Below, in pieces: positions 9,205 through 19,418 of a stretch of DNA of 64,000 nucleotides. Within the stretch, counting starts at the first letter, position 1; every line of letters starts with the position of its first letter. The stretch lies in the NCBI GenBank assembly GCA_043775825.1, contig JAYVRX010000108.1:1764-65763 (forward strand). Reading direction: 5' to 3'. Origin of the DNA: Deinococcales bacterium. Its GTDB lineage: Bacteria; Deinococcota; Deinococci; Deinococcales; JAAFIG01. Under the pieces are notes generated by a model. It made no database searches, was not told the origin of the DNA, and saw only the letters and a program-made list of their open reading frames with translations. A program made the position numbers and the translations under genes.

Positions 9205-10250
9205 GGTTTTCTCCGCATCAAAACCAGAAAAAAGATGCCACCGATCAGGCTCGTCACCACACCCACAGGCAATTCTTGAGGACGGGTTAACACTCGAGCG
9301 CCCAAATCTGCCAGCACCAACAAAATTGCACCAGCAAGACTCGAGGCTGGAATTAACATACGGTGGTTTGCCACACCCAAACGCCGTATGGCGTGGGGTG
9401 CGACCAGCCCTATGAAACCAATAATGCCTGCGAAGGAAACGGCGGCAGCCGTCACCAAGCTGGCGGCAATCACAGTGAATAATTTGATGCGATCAACCTT
9501 TAGCCCCAGCGTGCTGGCGGTGTCCTCTCCCAATTGCAGTGCATCAAGCGCTCGAGCCAACAGCATGAGGGTGATCATTCCAAAAATGCTGTACGGCAGA
9601 ACGTTCAAAACCTCCTGCCAACCCGCCAAACTTAAATTTCCCAGCGTCCACGAAAAAACGGCTCGCAATCGGTCTGCGTCGCGCAACTGGATGTAGGTGC
9701 TGATTGACGTCAGAATGCCGCTCACAATCACGCCAGACAAGATCAATGCGTTTGCACCCCTAGCCAACCTCGAGAGTGCCAGCGTGAGCATTACAGCCCC
9801 AAGTGCGCCAACAAACGCCAAAACGGGCACAAGTTGGCTGCCGCTAGCGAACAAACCAGCGGCAAAACCCGCGCTGGCAGTACCAGTGGCAAACACGGCA
9901 ACCGTTGCACCCAAAGCCGCGCCAGACGCGCTGCCCATCAGGTACGGATCAGCCAAAGGATTGCGGAACAAACCCTGAAACGCCGCGCCGCAAGCCGCCA
10001 AACTCGCGCCGACCAAAGCCCCAAAAACAACCCTCGGAAGGCGTAAATTCCAGACGATCAATTCCAAACCCTCGAGTTTCGCCCCTGAAATTCCATTAAA
10101 AATCGCGGAAATCGTTGTCCCAGGCGTAATCTCGAGCGTGCCGTTTGAAATGGCAAAAATCAAAGTGACTGCCAGCAACAAGCCTGTACCGACTAGCACC
10201 CCAGTCGATCTCGAGCTGTGAGAAATTTGATTTGCAGTTTTGGTCAACAT
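9201..10250 (-). CDS. btuC: Cobalamin ABC transporter permease (FecCD/BtuC)
   Basis: LRLPRV, FRNPLADPY, FIGLVAPH, ELPVGVVT. Start at 10250 chosen from a GAGGA RBS (ORF extends to 10262). Confidence 0.8.
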   Translation of the reverse strand: MLTKTANQISHSSRSTGVLVGTGLLLAVTLIFAISNGTLEITPGTTISAIFNGISGAKLEGLELIVWNLRLPRVVFGALVGASLAACGAAFQGLFRNPLADPYLMGSASGAALGATVAVFATGTASAGFAAGLFASGSQLVPVLAFVGALGAVMLTLALSRLARGANALILSGVIVSGILTSISTYIQLRDADRLRAVFSWTLGNLSLAGWQEVLNVLPYSIFGMITLMLLARALDALQLGEDTASTLGLKVDRIKLFTVIAASLVTAAAVSFAGIIGFIGLVAPHAIRRLGVANHRMLIPASSLAGAILLVLADLGARVLTRPQELPVGVVTSLIGGIFFLVLMRRKP

Positions 10251-10271
10251 GAACATCCTCAAGAATTCAAT

Positions 10272-10299
10272 AAAAAATCCCGCCTTAAACTCAGGCGAG
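10272..10299 (-). terminator. Intrinsic terminator in riboswitch expression platform
   Basis: Minus strand CTCGCCT-GAGTTTA-AGGCGGG-ATTTTTT just upstream of btuC. Confidence 0.6.
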
Positions 10300-10371
10300 C
10301 ACCGTCAACATTCAAGTTAAATTCAAACCCACCAACCCCTTTCACTCGAGAGGCGCAACCCAGGCGGTTGC

Positions 10372-10495
10372 GAATCTGGCAGGCATTCGGACTTAAGGGC
10401 TTTTCGCGCCTCTTACCGTTGCGGTACAGTGCTGGAATCTCACCAGCTTCCCCACTTTAAACTCGAGCTACTCGCCTCGAGCACCAGACACCAGG
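10372..10495 (-). ncRNA. Cobalamin (B12) riboswitch
   Basis: Minus strand GGTG...GGGAA-GCTGG-TGAGATT-CCAGC-ACTGTACCGCAACGGTAA...AAGTCCGAATGCCTGCCAGA (B12 box); upstream of btuCD. Confidence 0.9.
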
Positions 10496-10610
10496 AGCGT
10501 ACACTAAGATTGCGAGTGTGGTCAAGAATAAATTTGTGGCATTTTATGGACTAAACTGCTGTTCAGCGTGAAAAATATCTTGATCTTAGGCAATGATTCC
10601 CGGAGTTATC

Positions 10611-11738
10611 ATGACCTCTAAAGGCATCACTCTCCGCCCCGATGCGCCACCCCTTGCGGCTCGAGGGGCACATCAAGTTGGCGTTAAAACCTTAGAACTG
10701 ACCGATCAGGCTCGAGCACGCAAATTGACGCTCGAGGTTTGGTATCCAGCCGCACTTGCCGCCAATCAAAGCGAGAACACTGTTTACAAGGCGGTTATTG
10801 GCAGTACCAAATTTGATCTGGCAGGTCGCGCCGCTCGAGATGCAAGTTGTGAACCAGGTCAATTTCCGCTCGTGATGCTTTCGCACGGTCAACCAGGCTC
10901 GAGGTACATGATGAGTTATCTGACCGAGCACTTGGCGTCTTGTGGTTTTGTGGTCGCAGCCATCGACCATACGGGCAGCACCTACGATGATGTGACCCAA
11001 GAATCTTACGTCTCGAGCCTGATTGATCGCCCGCTCGATATTCTGTTCTCGATGGGCGAGGTGGCTGTCATCATCACAAATGCCGATCAAAACAATGTTG
11101 GGCTGATGGGGTATTCATACGGCGGTTACTCGAGTTTGAATGCGGCGGGATTGGGTTTGGACAAAGAGAATCTCGAAGCTTACGCGCTAGCCTCCAACCT
11201 TGAGGGTCCGAGTTTTGTTCTGCCATTTTTTGATGATCTTGCTAAAATCCGAGGCAAAGATGTGATCAAACCCGACCCCCGAGTCAAAGCGGTTTTTGTG
11301 ATGGCTCCTTACGGCATTCCGTGGTTGTCACCAGCCCAACTTGCCAGCATGAAAATTCCGCTTTTTGTCGCCTGCGGACGCAATGATGATGTTGCACTGT
11401 ATGAACGCGACGCGGCAATGGCGTTCAAACTTTCGGGCGCGAAAACCAAGTATTTATTGACGCTCGAGTCGGCATTGCACAACCCGTTTACCAACAATCC
11501 GCCATTTGAGACTCGAGCCAATTTTAAGGATTTCGAGCGCTGGTTTGAACCCGTTTGGGACATGGAACGCCTGAACGACATTAACAAACATTTTGCTACG
11601 GCGTTCTTAAGTCAGAGCCTTTGTCAAGATGAAAGTGCCGCGCAATACTTGCAAAGCGATTTACACGGATTTTTGCCGCGCACCACGTTGGGCATCAAAC
11701 TCGAGGTTGGAAATGATCAGGCAAGTTTGATTTCGTAA
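10611..11738 (+). CDS. Alpha/beta hydrolase (predicted dienelactone hydrolase/PAF-AH-like)
   Basis: LSHG, GYSYGG nucleophile elbow, D..H triad candidates; GGAG RBS before ATG 10611. Confidence 0.8.
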   Translation: MTSKGITLRPDAPPLAARGAHQVGVKTLELTDQARARKLTLEVWYPAALAANQSENTVYKAVIGSTKFDLAGRAARDASCEPGQFPLVMLSHGQPGSRYMMSYLTEHLASCGFVVAAIDHTGSTYDDVTQESYVSSLIDRPLDILFSMGEVAVIITNADQNNVGLMGYSYGGYSSLNAAGLGLDKENLEAYALASNLEGPSFVLPFFDDLAKIRGKDVIKPDPRVKAVFVMAPYGIPWLSPAQLASMKIPLFVACGRNDDVALYERDAAMAFKLSGAKTKYLLTLESALHNPFTNNPPFETRANFKDFERWFEPVWDMERLNDINKHFATAFLSQSLCQDESAAQYLQSDLHGFLPRTTLGIKLEVGNDQASLIS

Positions 11739-12205
11739 CGACAAAGGGTGGTGTCGAGAAATTCGGCAGTGTCACGCAATTCAAAGCTTGTGTTTTCGTA
11801 CAGGGCACGAATTTTCGCATGGTCACGGCAATCAAGTCTCAAGTATTTGCGCTCTCGACGCCGTACCTCGAGTTTGGCATATTCGATCAACGCTTGCGAT
11901 ACACCTAGCCCTCGAGCATCCAAATTGACCGCAAGTTTGTGGATGAACAGACTTTCACCCATCGGAACATCAGACCAAAAGGCTTGATCCTCGAGTTGCA
12001 AGTACATCGTGCCAACAGCTTGTAGACCTCGAAATGCCAAATACAATTCGCCAGAATGAACCAATGGTTCGAGCAAGTCAAAACTGAACTGCTCTGGTTT
12101 CCAACGCATTTCCCCCGTTTGTGCCAGCCAGTTTGCAGCTTCGATCAATATTTTTGAGGCAGCATCAATGTCTTTAAGGATTGCGGGTCTGATCTCAAAC
12201 GCCAT
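11717..12205 (-). CDS. GNAT family N-acetyltransferase
   Basis: HKLAV...RGLGVS, LRLDC, LYE..F. Start MAFEIRP at 12205 lies 6 nt after TATAAT. Confidence 0.8.
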   Translation of the reverse strand: MAFEIRPAILKDIDAASKILIEAANWLAQTGEMRWKPEQFSFDLLEPLVHSGELYLAFRGLQAVGTMYLQLEDQAFWSDVPMGESLFIHKLAVNLDARGLGVSQALIEYAKLEVRRRERKYLRLDCRDHAKIRALYENTSFELRDTAEFLDTTLCRYEIKLA

Positions 12206-12227
12206 ATGACCATTATAAACTGGGGTC
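12206..12227. promoter_or_regulatory. Overlapping divergent -10 boxes (bidirectional leaderless promoter)
   Basis: + TAAACT 12216..12221 and - TATAAT 12217..12212 each lie 6 nt from an ATG; 22 bp between the start codons. Confidence 0.65.
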
Positions 12228-13103
12228 ATGTTAGAGATTCACACGCTCGATTTAAATTTAAGAGGCTCGAGTAACGCACTTGCGGCGCACGTCATCAAAA
12301 CTGAGCAGGGCAGCATTTTGGTAGACTGTGGACCTGAAAGTACCTTGCAAAATTTATATTCCGAACTCGAGCGAGTTGGTGTTCACAACCTCAAATATTT
12401 GCTCCTTACCCATATTCACCTCGACCATGCAGGCGCGGCAGGTCGGCTGGCAAGGGAATTGGGAGTGCAGGTTTTTGTTCATGCTCGAGGAGCAAAACAT
12501 CTGGTTGATCCGACCCGACTTCTCGCCAGTGCCAAACAAATTTTTGGTGATCGAATGACCGAAATCTGGGGCAACATCGAACCCGTCAAAAACCTCGAGA
12601 TTCTGAACGGAGGAGAGAACCTCGAACTGTGCAAGCTCGAGTTTAAAGCGCTGTATACGCCTGGTCATGCCGTGCATCATTTGGCATTTCAACTGGGCGA
12701 TGCGATTTTTGCTGGTGATGTCGCAGGGGTTCGGATCGGAAACCAAGCGCCAGTTCCGCCCACACCACCGCCAGACATCAACTTTGAGCATTGGCGAACC
12801 AGCATTGAGCTTCTAAAATCTCGAGCCGTGAAAACCTTGTACATCGCACACTTTGGACGCTTTGATGATGCCCAGTTTCACCTCGAGACACTGCTGGAAA
12901 ACCTCGAGAAATTTGCGGAAATTTCACTTTCGGGTTTGCAAACAGGGGAGACTCGAGCCGAGATTGCCACAAAATTACGCGCTTCAATTTCCATTCTCGA
13001 GGCAGACGAATTTAAGGGCGGCTACGTGCCAGCCAGTATTTCTGCGACAGATGTGGCAGGACTCGAGCGATACTGGCGAACGGTTCACCCTGAATTACTG
13101 TGA
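12228..13103 (+). CDS. MBL-fold metallo-hydrolase
   Basis: THIHLDHAG, TPGHA, AGD, AHFG. Confidence 0.85.
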   Translation: MLEIHTLDLNLRGSSNALAAHVIKTEQGSILVDCGPESTLQNLYSELERVGVHNLKYLLLTHIHLDHAGAAGRLARELGVQVFVHARGAKHLVDPTRLLASAKQIFGDRMTEIWGNIEPVKNLEILNGGENLELCKLEFKALYTPGHAVHHLAFQLGDAIFAGDVAGVRIGNQAPVPPTPPPDINFEHWRTSIELLKSRAVKTLYIAHFGRFDDAQFHLETLLENLEKFAEISLSGLQTGETRAEIATKLRASISILEADEFKGGYVPASISATDVAGLERYWRTVHPELL

Positions 13104-14057
13104 TTTTGCCTCGCCAGAATCCATGTTGACCATCAAACTCGAGGTGTCCACCACCTCAAAATCCGAACCTTTAACCTTGCTTAAACTTTGCAACACGTCA
13201 TTATCCCAGGCTTCATCTTGTGTGCCTGACATAAACCAATTCGAGCCGTTGTCTGCCAGAATCAAGCCATAAGTTTTTAGCGCCTCGAGAATCACTTGCA
13301 GATCTTTGGGATAACTGGCGGTGTTAAAACTGGCTTTCAAGCGAAAACGTGCGCCCATCGGCGGAACGTTTACGCTCGTGGTGCTGCCAGCTTGATGACG
13401 GGCGGGCCAGATAAATTCTTTGTGCGTGGTCACTGCGGTAAAACGAATTGCGTGACGAATTGCGCCAGCCATGACTTCATCATGGCGCACCAACCCTGGC
13501 AGAATTGGCAAACCAGCAGCATCCGCACTCGTCCAAGTTTTGGGACGCAAGGCATTCGAGTTCAAATCCCAAATTGCACCCGCACCAACCCGCCAAGAAC
13601 CATCAGTGTTCGGGTACGCATTGCCAACCTCGTAGAGCTTGCATTCGCCCTCACGCACGATTAAAATATGCCGATCACCGCTCGAGGTTGGACCGCCTTC
13701 AATTGGAGGGTTTTTTGGAATTGGGTACAAACCTTGGTCGCTTTCGTCGTTATACAAAAACTCGCTGATCGTTACACCAGGTTGATTGGCTGGCACAACC
13801 ACATACGGAATTCCAAACGGTTTTCCTTGGTACAACCCCGAACCAAAATCAGCCTTCAAACCCACCCCAGCCCCAATGCTCGAGATGTAATTGCTCGAGT
13901 TTTTTGTGTCCACGGGCAGGTTTGCGATGCTGGTGTTCCAAATGTTGTTTTTAGGGAATAATGCACAGCCACCCAGATTGGTGTTTGGTGGCTGCACAAC
14001 GATTGGACTTGCAGTGGCACAAGCTGTCAGAACCATCAAAGCCAAGAATCGTCGCAT
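13095..14057 (-). CDS. Uncharacterised secreted lipoprotein
   Basis: Lipobox LTAC; conserved-looking motifs GDRH, ADAAGLP, HAIRF, YGLILADNG; function not recognisable. Confidence 0.7.
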   Translation of the reverse strand: MRRFLALMVLTACATASPIVVQPPNTNLGGCALFPKNNIWNTSIANLPVDTKNSSNYISSIGAGVGLKADFGSGLYQGKPFGIPYVVVPANQPGVTISEFLYNDESDQGLYPIPKNPPIEGGPTSSGDRHILIVREGECKLYEVGNAYPNTDGSWRVGAGAIWDLNSNALRPKTWTSADAAGLPILPGLVRHDEVMAGAIRHAIRFTAVTTHKEFIWPARHQAGSTTSVNVPPMGARFRLKASFNTASYPKDLQVILEALKTYGLILADNGSNWFMSGTQDEAWDNDVLQSLSKVKGSDFEVVDTSSLMVNMDSGEAKSQ

Positions 14058-14097
14058 GATCTCGAGTTTAAACCTTAATTCTGAGATAGATTGAGTT

Positions 14098-15231
14098 GTG
14101 TTTTATGTCTTGATCCTTCCCCTGGTTTTGCTTGCCGTGTTCACCATCCTGAACTCAATTTTATTTCGCAGCCTGCGTCACTACCGCAACATCAAACTCG
14201 AGCATCAACCAAAAGTCTCGCTTTTGATTCCTGCCCGTAACGAAGAACAGAACCTCGAGTTGCTGCTGCCAACTCTTGTTACCCAAGACTATGCGAACCT
14301 CGAGATCATTGTTTTAAACGATCACAGCACCGATAAGACACTTGGGGTTGCTCAAAAATATGCGGCTCGAGATTCCAGATTGCACGTGATTGAAGGTACG
14401 GAATTGCAGAGCGGTTGGTTTGGGAAACCCAACGCCTGCCGTCAACTTGGTGAGGCTGCCAGCGGTGAAATTCTGGTCTTTACCGATGCCGATACGCTCT
14501 GGCAACCCGATGCGATCAGCCTGTGCGTCAAAGCCATGCACGCCACCAACGCGGATGCCATGTGTGCCTGGCCCGAGCAAATCTTGTCCGGTTGGTTCTC
14601 GAGCCTGGTTCAGCCCTGGATGACCTGGAGCGTGCTGGCGTTGCTGCCCGTGTGGCTGATTCCCGACCCAAAACACAAACTGATTGTCAGCGCCAACGGT
14701 CAAATGCTGGCATTTCGCAAAGACTGTTTCTCGAGCATCAACGGTTTTGAACCAGTCAAGCACAGTATTCTCGAGGATATGGGACTGGCAAGAAATGTCA
14801 AAGCTCAGAATTTAAGATTTGTGCTCTTAAACGGTTTGGGCAGCGTCAAATGCAAGATGTACTCGAGCACCTCGGACACTTTTGATGGTTTTGCCAAAGC
14901 CGCCTTTGTGGGTTTAGGCTCGAGCGTTCCAGCACTTTTTGTTAGCATTTTGTTTTTTGCTTGGTTGTTTCTCGCGCCGTGGATATGGTTGTTTGCCGCC
15001 TTGTTGTCAGGCTCGAGCCTTACCCTGCCGCTGGTTGCTGTGTTGCTTAGTTTACTCGGGCGGTTTGTTGCCGACCTCGAGTTTGGGTATCCGCTTTACT
15101 TATGGGTTCAGCAACCCTTGTCCATGATTGGTTGGGCAGTGATTGCGATTGCGTCTTGGCGGCGTTACCGCAAAGGGGAAACCAGTTGGAAGGGGCGGGT
15201 TTACGATCTAAAAAACGGTTCAAAAGGGTAA
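14098..15231 (+). CDS. Glycosyltransferase family 2 (membrane, carotenoid/lipid glucosyltransferase-like)
   Basis: IPARNEE, DHSTD, GKPNA, FTDAD, EDM, WKGR; N- and C-terminal TM helices. Confidence 0.8.
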   Translation: MFYVLILPLVLLAVFTILNSILFRSLRHYRNIKLEHQPKVSLLIPARNEEQNLELLLPTLVTQDYANLEIIVLNDHSTDKTLGVAQKYAARDSRLHVIEGTELQSGWFGKPNACRQLGEAASGEILVFTDADTLWQPDAISLCVKAMHATNADAMCAWPEQILSGWFSSLVQPWMTWSVLALLPVWLIPDPKHKLIVSANGQMLAFRKDCFSSINGFEPVKHSILEDMGLARNVKAQNLRFVLLNGLGSVKCKMYSSTSDTFDGFAKAAFVGLGSSVPALFVSILFFAWLFLAPWIWLFAALLSGSSLTLPLVAVLLSLLGRFVADLEFGYPLYLWVQQPLSMIGWAVIAIASWRRYRKGETSWKGRVYDLKNGSKG

Positions 15232-15263
15232 TTTTCCATTTCAAAGTTTAAACTCGAGAATGC

Positions 15264-16286
15264 TTACAACGGGCTTTTTGGTGCTTTTTCTGAAGCTCGC
15301 AGCAGTGCTGCACCGCCAATAAATGGTCCAATCAAAATGTAAAGATAATACGAAATAAAACGCCAGATTAAAGTCAAGAACGTCTTGGCGGCATCGGGCA
15401 CGCCAATCGCGGCAAAGACCTTGCCGAGTGCAATTTCAAAGTAACCGCTGCCCCCAGGCGTTGGCACAACCGAACTGAGACTGACGAGCAAGCTTTGGCA
15501 AGCCAGAATCGCCACGTGGTCAAAATTTGGAATTCCCAATCCCCAAGCCACGACATTGAACGCTCCAAAGTGGGTCAAGAATGCCAAGGCATTGACAAAA
15601 TGGAGCAGCAATTGCGTACCGAGTGGCATTTGTCGCAGTTGTGCCATGACATGACCGGTGCGGTGCACAAAGGCAAAAGCGGCAAATCGGCGGCGTTTCA
15701 AGAAACCTAGGCTGAAAATGTTAAACACCACCCGTGCGATCAAATCGGCGCTGAAGGTCACGGCAATGGCGGCGGCAATCAACAGGATGCTCGAGATGCC
15801 AATCAGAACACCCAGAACTGGAATGCCCAAATTGATGCCTTTAAATTGCAAGATAAAAAACGAGACTGGCATACTCCAGGCATAATAAACAAAGTCCAGC
15901 ACCAATCCAAAGACGGCAATGGCGGTAGCTTTTTTGACGTCAATAAACCTTGACAAGTACCAGCCTAAACCAAAGCTCGAGCCTGTGGCGGCGGGGGTCA
16001 CGAACGCACCGAAAAGGCTTAACAGCGCCGCACGAATTCCTCGAGACAGGCTGATGTGTTCGCCAACGTCCAGTGCTGTTGCCAAGATTTTGATGCGCAC
16101 GCCGAGCAAAATCCACCATGCCGCCAGAAACGGCACAACCAAGGCAAGCTTGGTCCAGTTAACATCGAGCAGTTTTTGGAAAGCGCTTGGGTCGAGTTTG
16201 TCGCCTGTTAAGAGCAGTAAAGCAATCGCACCACCTGAAATGAGTAGGGAAATCAAAATAATTCTGATGGCGTTTTTCACAGCCAC
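15264..16286 (-). CDS. Lysylphosphatidylglycerol synthase TM/flippase-like (UPF0104) protein
   Basis: Multi-TM; VTPAATG, PTPGGSGYFE, WRFISYY. Confidence 0.75.
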   Translation of the reverse strand: MAVKNAIRIILISLLISGGAIALLLLTGDKLDPSAFQKLLDVNWTKLALVVPFLAAWWILLGVRIKILATALDVGEHISLSRGIRAALLSLFGAFVTPAATGSSFGLGWYLSRFIDVKKATAIAVFGLVLDFVYYAWSMPVSFFILQFKGINLGIPVLGVLIGISSILLIAAAIAVTFSADLIARVVFNIFSLGFLKRRRFAAFAFVHRTGHVMAQLRQMPLGTQLLLHFVNALAFLTHFGAFNVVAWGLGIPNFDHVAILACQSLLVSLSSVVPTPGGSGYFEIALGKVFAAIGVPDAAKTFLTLIWRFISYYLYILIGPFIGGAALLRASEKAPKSPL

Positions 16287-17254
16287 CCCACGCTTTTATA
16301 CCAGTTCGCCGTCTCGAGGAATCCTGTCTCGAGCGTGGTTTTGGCAACAATACCAAGGTCATGTTCTATTGTGCTGACGTCGCAGACCCAGCCGATGGCA
16401 GTCAAATCTTTTTGTCGTGATCTGTTGATTAAGCCCACCCGACCAAAGGCGCGACCAGCCTCGCCCAACTGTGCTGCCATCTCGAGGGCGACATTTGGAA
16501 GTGACAGTGCGCGGTAGGGTTTTTTGTAAACCCGTGCCAGCGTCTCGAGAATTCCGTCCCAACTGACGGGTGTTGGGCTGCCCGTAAAATAGGTTTTGCC
16601 GCTCGAGTTTTGGTTTTCGCCGCAGGCGATGATCGCTTCGACCAGATCGTGGACTTGAACCAGCGTGTACGCCCGATTTGGGTCGCCGAGCACCGGAAAA
16701 AAACCGAATTTGGCGGCTTGGTGCGCAAACAAGAAATCTTTGTCGTTTGGACCGTAAACCCCTGGTGGTCGCAAAATGCACCACTCGAGGTTTGAAGTCT
16801 CGAGCACGCGGTATTCGCCCTCGAGCTTGCTGCGCCCATACGGCGTGATTGGTTCTGGAGGGTCGGATTCCTTGCGTGGCTGCTCAATCGTGCCTGGACC
16901 TGCCGCCGCAAGGCTCGAGATGTAAACCAGTTTCGCCCCCGCGTCTCTTGCGCCCACAGCCGCCGCCCGAGTGCCTTCGGCGTTCCCCCACATGAATTCA
17001 GCCTCAGAGTTGGCGCGGGTCGCCCCTGCCAGGTGGTAGACCACGCTGCACCCCTCGCTGGCACGGGCAACGTCCGCAGATTTTAAGTCTCCCGCCACTC
17101 GAATCAAATTTGGGTCGCTCGAGGGGCTGGACTTGCCCGATTTGGGACGAACCAAAACCCGAACCTGAAAACCCTGTTCGAGAAGCGCTTTGCTGAGGTG
17201 AGAGCCGATAAATCCACTCGCGCCCGTAATCAGAACTGTCTTTTGGTTAGCCAT
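16277..17254 (-). CDS. NAD-dependent epimerase/dehydratase (extended SDR)
   Basis: TGASGFIG, YGRSK, LRPPGVYGP. Confidence 0.85.
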   Translation of the reverse strand: MANQKTVLITGASGFIGSHLSKALLEQGFQVRVLVRPKSGKSSPSSDPNLIRVAGDLKSADVARASEGCSVVYHLAGATRANSEAEFMWGNAEGTRAAAVGARDAGAKLVYISSLAAAGPGTIEQPRKESDPPEPITPYGRSKLEGEYRVLETSNLEWCILRPPGVYGPNDKDFLFAHQAAKFGFFPVLGDPNRAYTLVQVHDLVEAIIACGENQNSSGKTYFTGSPTPVSWDGILETLARVYKKPYRALSLPNVALEMAAQLGEAGRAFGRVGLINRSRQKDLTAIGWVCDVSTIEHDLGIVAKTTLETGFLETANWYKSVGWL

Positions 17255-17324
17255 ACAATACAGACATCGTACAACGTCAAACCAAGACTCGCGTCCAGGC
17301 GATTGGAACAGTTAAGCTATAGCC

Positions 17325-17885
17325 GTGAGCATAAAAGCAGACCATTGGATTCGCGCCCGTGCACTCGAGGGCATGATTGAACCTTTCGCAGACCGTCAAG
17401 TACGTGCGGAGGGCGATGCCAAGATTATTTCTTACGGACTCTCGAGCTTTGGTTATGACCTGCGGGCTGCCAGGGAGTGGAAAATTTTTGTCAACGCGTT
17501 TCATACGGTGGTTGACCCCAAAGAGTTTGATCCAAAAGGGTTTGTTGACTTCGAGGGCGATGAGTGCATTATTCCGCCGAACAGTTTTGTGCTGGCTCGC
17601 AGCGTCGAATACATGCGAATTCCAGAGAATGTGATGGTCGTGGCAGTCGGAAAAAGCTCGTATGCACGCTGCGGGGTGGTGGCAAACGTAACGCCTTTAG
17701 AGCCAGGTTGGGAAGGGCATGTCACCCTCGAGTTTTCCAACACCACGCCATTGCCTGCGCGAATGTACGCCAACGAGGGCTGTGTTCAATTGTTGTTTTT
17801 TGAAGGCGAACGCCCCGATGTCACGTATGCAGACCGTAAGGGTAAGTATCAGGGGCAAACGGGTGTGACACTACCTAGGTTGTAA
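17325..17885 (+). CDS. dcd: dCTP deaminase
   Basis: [32 protein letters not shown]. Confidence 0.92.
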   Translation: MSIKADHWIRARALEGMIEPFADRQVRAEGDAKIISYGLSSFGYDLRAAREWKIFVNAFHTVVDPKEFDPKGFVDFEGDECIIPPNSFVLARSVEYMRIPENVMVVAVGKSSYARCGVVANVTPLEPGWEGHVTLEFSNTTPLPARMYANEGCVQLLFFEGERPDVTYADRKGKYQGQTGVTLPRL

Positions 17886-17901
17886 GCCTCGAGATGTGAG
17901 A

Positions 17902-17940
17902 TTGACATTCCCCAATAATGTGCTTACATTGTAATTACAA
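17902..17940 (+). promoter_or_regulatory. Sigma70 promoter with palindromic operator of mazEF-like TA
   Basis: TTGACA 17902..17907, 17-nt spacer, TACATT 17925..17930; perfect palindrome TTGTAATTACAA 17929..17940. Confidence 0.7.
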
Positions 17941-17951
17941 AAGGGGTTTCT

Positions 17952-18209
17952 GTGGCTGGAATAACATCACAACTGGTCAAAATAGGAAATTCGCAAGGCA
18001 TCCGAATTCCAAAAACAATCCTCGAGCAACTCGATTTCTCCAACGGCATCGAATTGTTGGTGCTGAACAAGCAATTGATTGTTCGTCCAAAACAAACGCC
18101 TCGGGCGGGTTGGAGTGAACAATTTCAACAAATGCGGCAACATCAAGATGATGTTTTGCTCGATCATGATAACGAAAATGCGTTTGACCAAGCAGAGTGG
18201 CACTGGTGA
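17952..18209 (+). CDS. mazE: AbrB/MazE family antitoxin
   Basis: KIGNSQGIRIPK swapped-hairpin motif; C-terminal EW(H)W; overlaps toxin start. Confidence 0.85.
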   Translation: MAGITSQLVKIGNSQGIRIPKTILEQLDFSNGIELLVLNKQLIVRPKQTPRAGWSEQFQQMRQHQDDVLLDHDNENAFDQAEWHW

Positions 18210-18520
18210 AGCGATTTGAAGTGTATCTGGTTAACCTCGAGCCGACGATTGGCGTGGAAATTCGTAAAATCCGTCCGTGTGTGATCGTTTCGCCAAACGA
18301 GATGAATGATTACATTCAAACCGTGATTATTGCGCCGTTGACCACAAAAACCCGCAGCTATCCGACTCGAGTTTCGTGCGAATTTGAAGGTAAACAAGCA
18401 TTTGTGGTTCTCGATCAACTTCGTACTGTGGACAAGGTACGGCTTTACAAGCATTTGGGCAAACTCGACGAAACCACTCAAATAGAAATTCTCGAGGTTC
18501 TTCAAGAAATGTTCGCGTAG
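18197..18520 (+). CDS. mazF: PemK/MazF family endoribonuclease toxin
   Basis: VNLEPTIGVEIRKIRPCVIVS, APLTT, DQLRTVDKVRL. Confidence 0.88.
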   Translation: MALVKRFEVYLVNLEPTIGVEIRKIRPCVIVSPNEMNDYIQTVIIAPLTTKTRSYPTRVSCEFEGKQAFVVLDQLRTVDKVRLYKHLGKLDETTQIEILEVLQEMFA

Positions 18521-18689
18521 CCAAGACTTAACTCGAGAAAAACCCGTTAACGTCATGTTGCACATCTTTTGAAGCAATCTCAAAAACCTAAATGTGTGGT
18601 AAAGCTCGAGTCGTGGTTTAAACAAATATTCAATCGCTTGTTGTGAAACGTACAGTTCAATCCTCAAATATGAGCGTAAGCTCCAAGTC

Positions 18690-19337
18690 ATGACAACTGT
18701 TTATTTTGACCCCTTGTGTCCGTTTGCTTGGCGTGGACTCGAATTGATGAATGCGTTAAAGCTCGAGTTTGATGGTCGAGCCTACAGTTTGCATCAGGGG
18801 AATCATGACGCAAACACAGTTTTGCCGCGCGGTGAACCTGTTTGGAAAATCGCTGAAGTTCCGCTTGAGCAACTGACAGATGCTCAACGTACCAGTTTAG
18901 ATTCGTTTATCGCTTTGGCGGCGGCAAAGCATCAAGGAACAGCCAAATACCATCATTTTGCGCTCGAGTTAACCCGTGCCAAGCATCAGGGAAAACTCGA
19001 GTTTAATGCCGAGACATTTGACATGGTGGCGCAAAAAGCAGGTTTAAACCTCGAGCAATTCAAAGCTGATATGGGTGATGTTGCAGCGCGTCGCCATGAA
19101 ATCGCCAAAGACCTTGATGCCGCTGACGAAATTGGTGTTTTTGGTACGCCAACAGTCGTGCTCGAGTCTGGAAATGCGGCGTATTTCAGATTTGCAAACC
19201 TGCCAGCAACGCCCGAGGAACAACAAAAACTTTGGGATGTTTACGTTTCGGTGCTCGAGAATCCAGCACAGATCCAAACCCTCAAACGACCTCGCAAGGT
19301 TGTGACACCAAACTCGGTTTACAAAGCTGCGAATTGA
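18690..19337 (+). CDS. DsbA/thioredoxin-fold protein (single-Cys, Rv2466c-like)
   Basis: YFDPLCPFAW and GVFGTPT cis-Pro loop. Confidence 0.75.
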   Translation: MTTVYFDPLCPFAWRGLELMNALKLEFDGRAYSLHQGNHDANTVLPRGEPVWKIAEVPLEQLTDAQRTSLDSFIALAAAKHQGTAKYHHFALELTRAKHQGKLEFNAETFDMVAQKAGLNLEQFKADMGDVAARRHEIAKDLDAADEIGVFGTPTVVLESGNAAYFRFANLPATPEEQQKLWDVYVSVLENPAQIQTLKRPRKVVTPNSVYKAAN

Positions 19338-19418
19338 AATCTGAAAGGGTTTTCAAAGTGCATAAGGGCTTAAACTAAAAGTCTCAACTCGAGCCGTTCG
19401 AGATTTTTAGGGGGAATT

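Noticed and set aside
17952-18520. mazEF module as a novelty
   Set aside because: Canonical type II TA with a typical palindromic operator; listed as a feature only.
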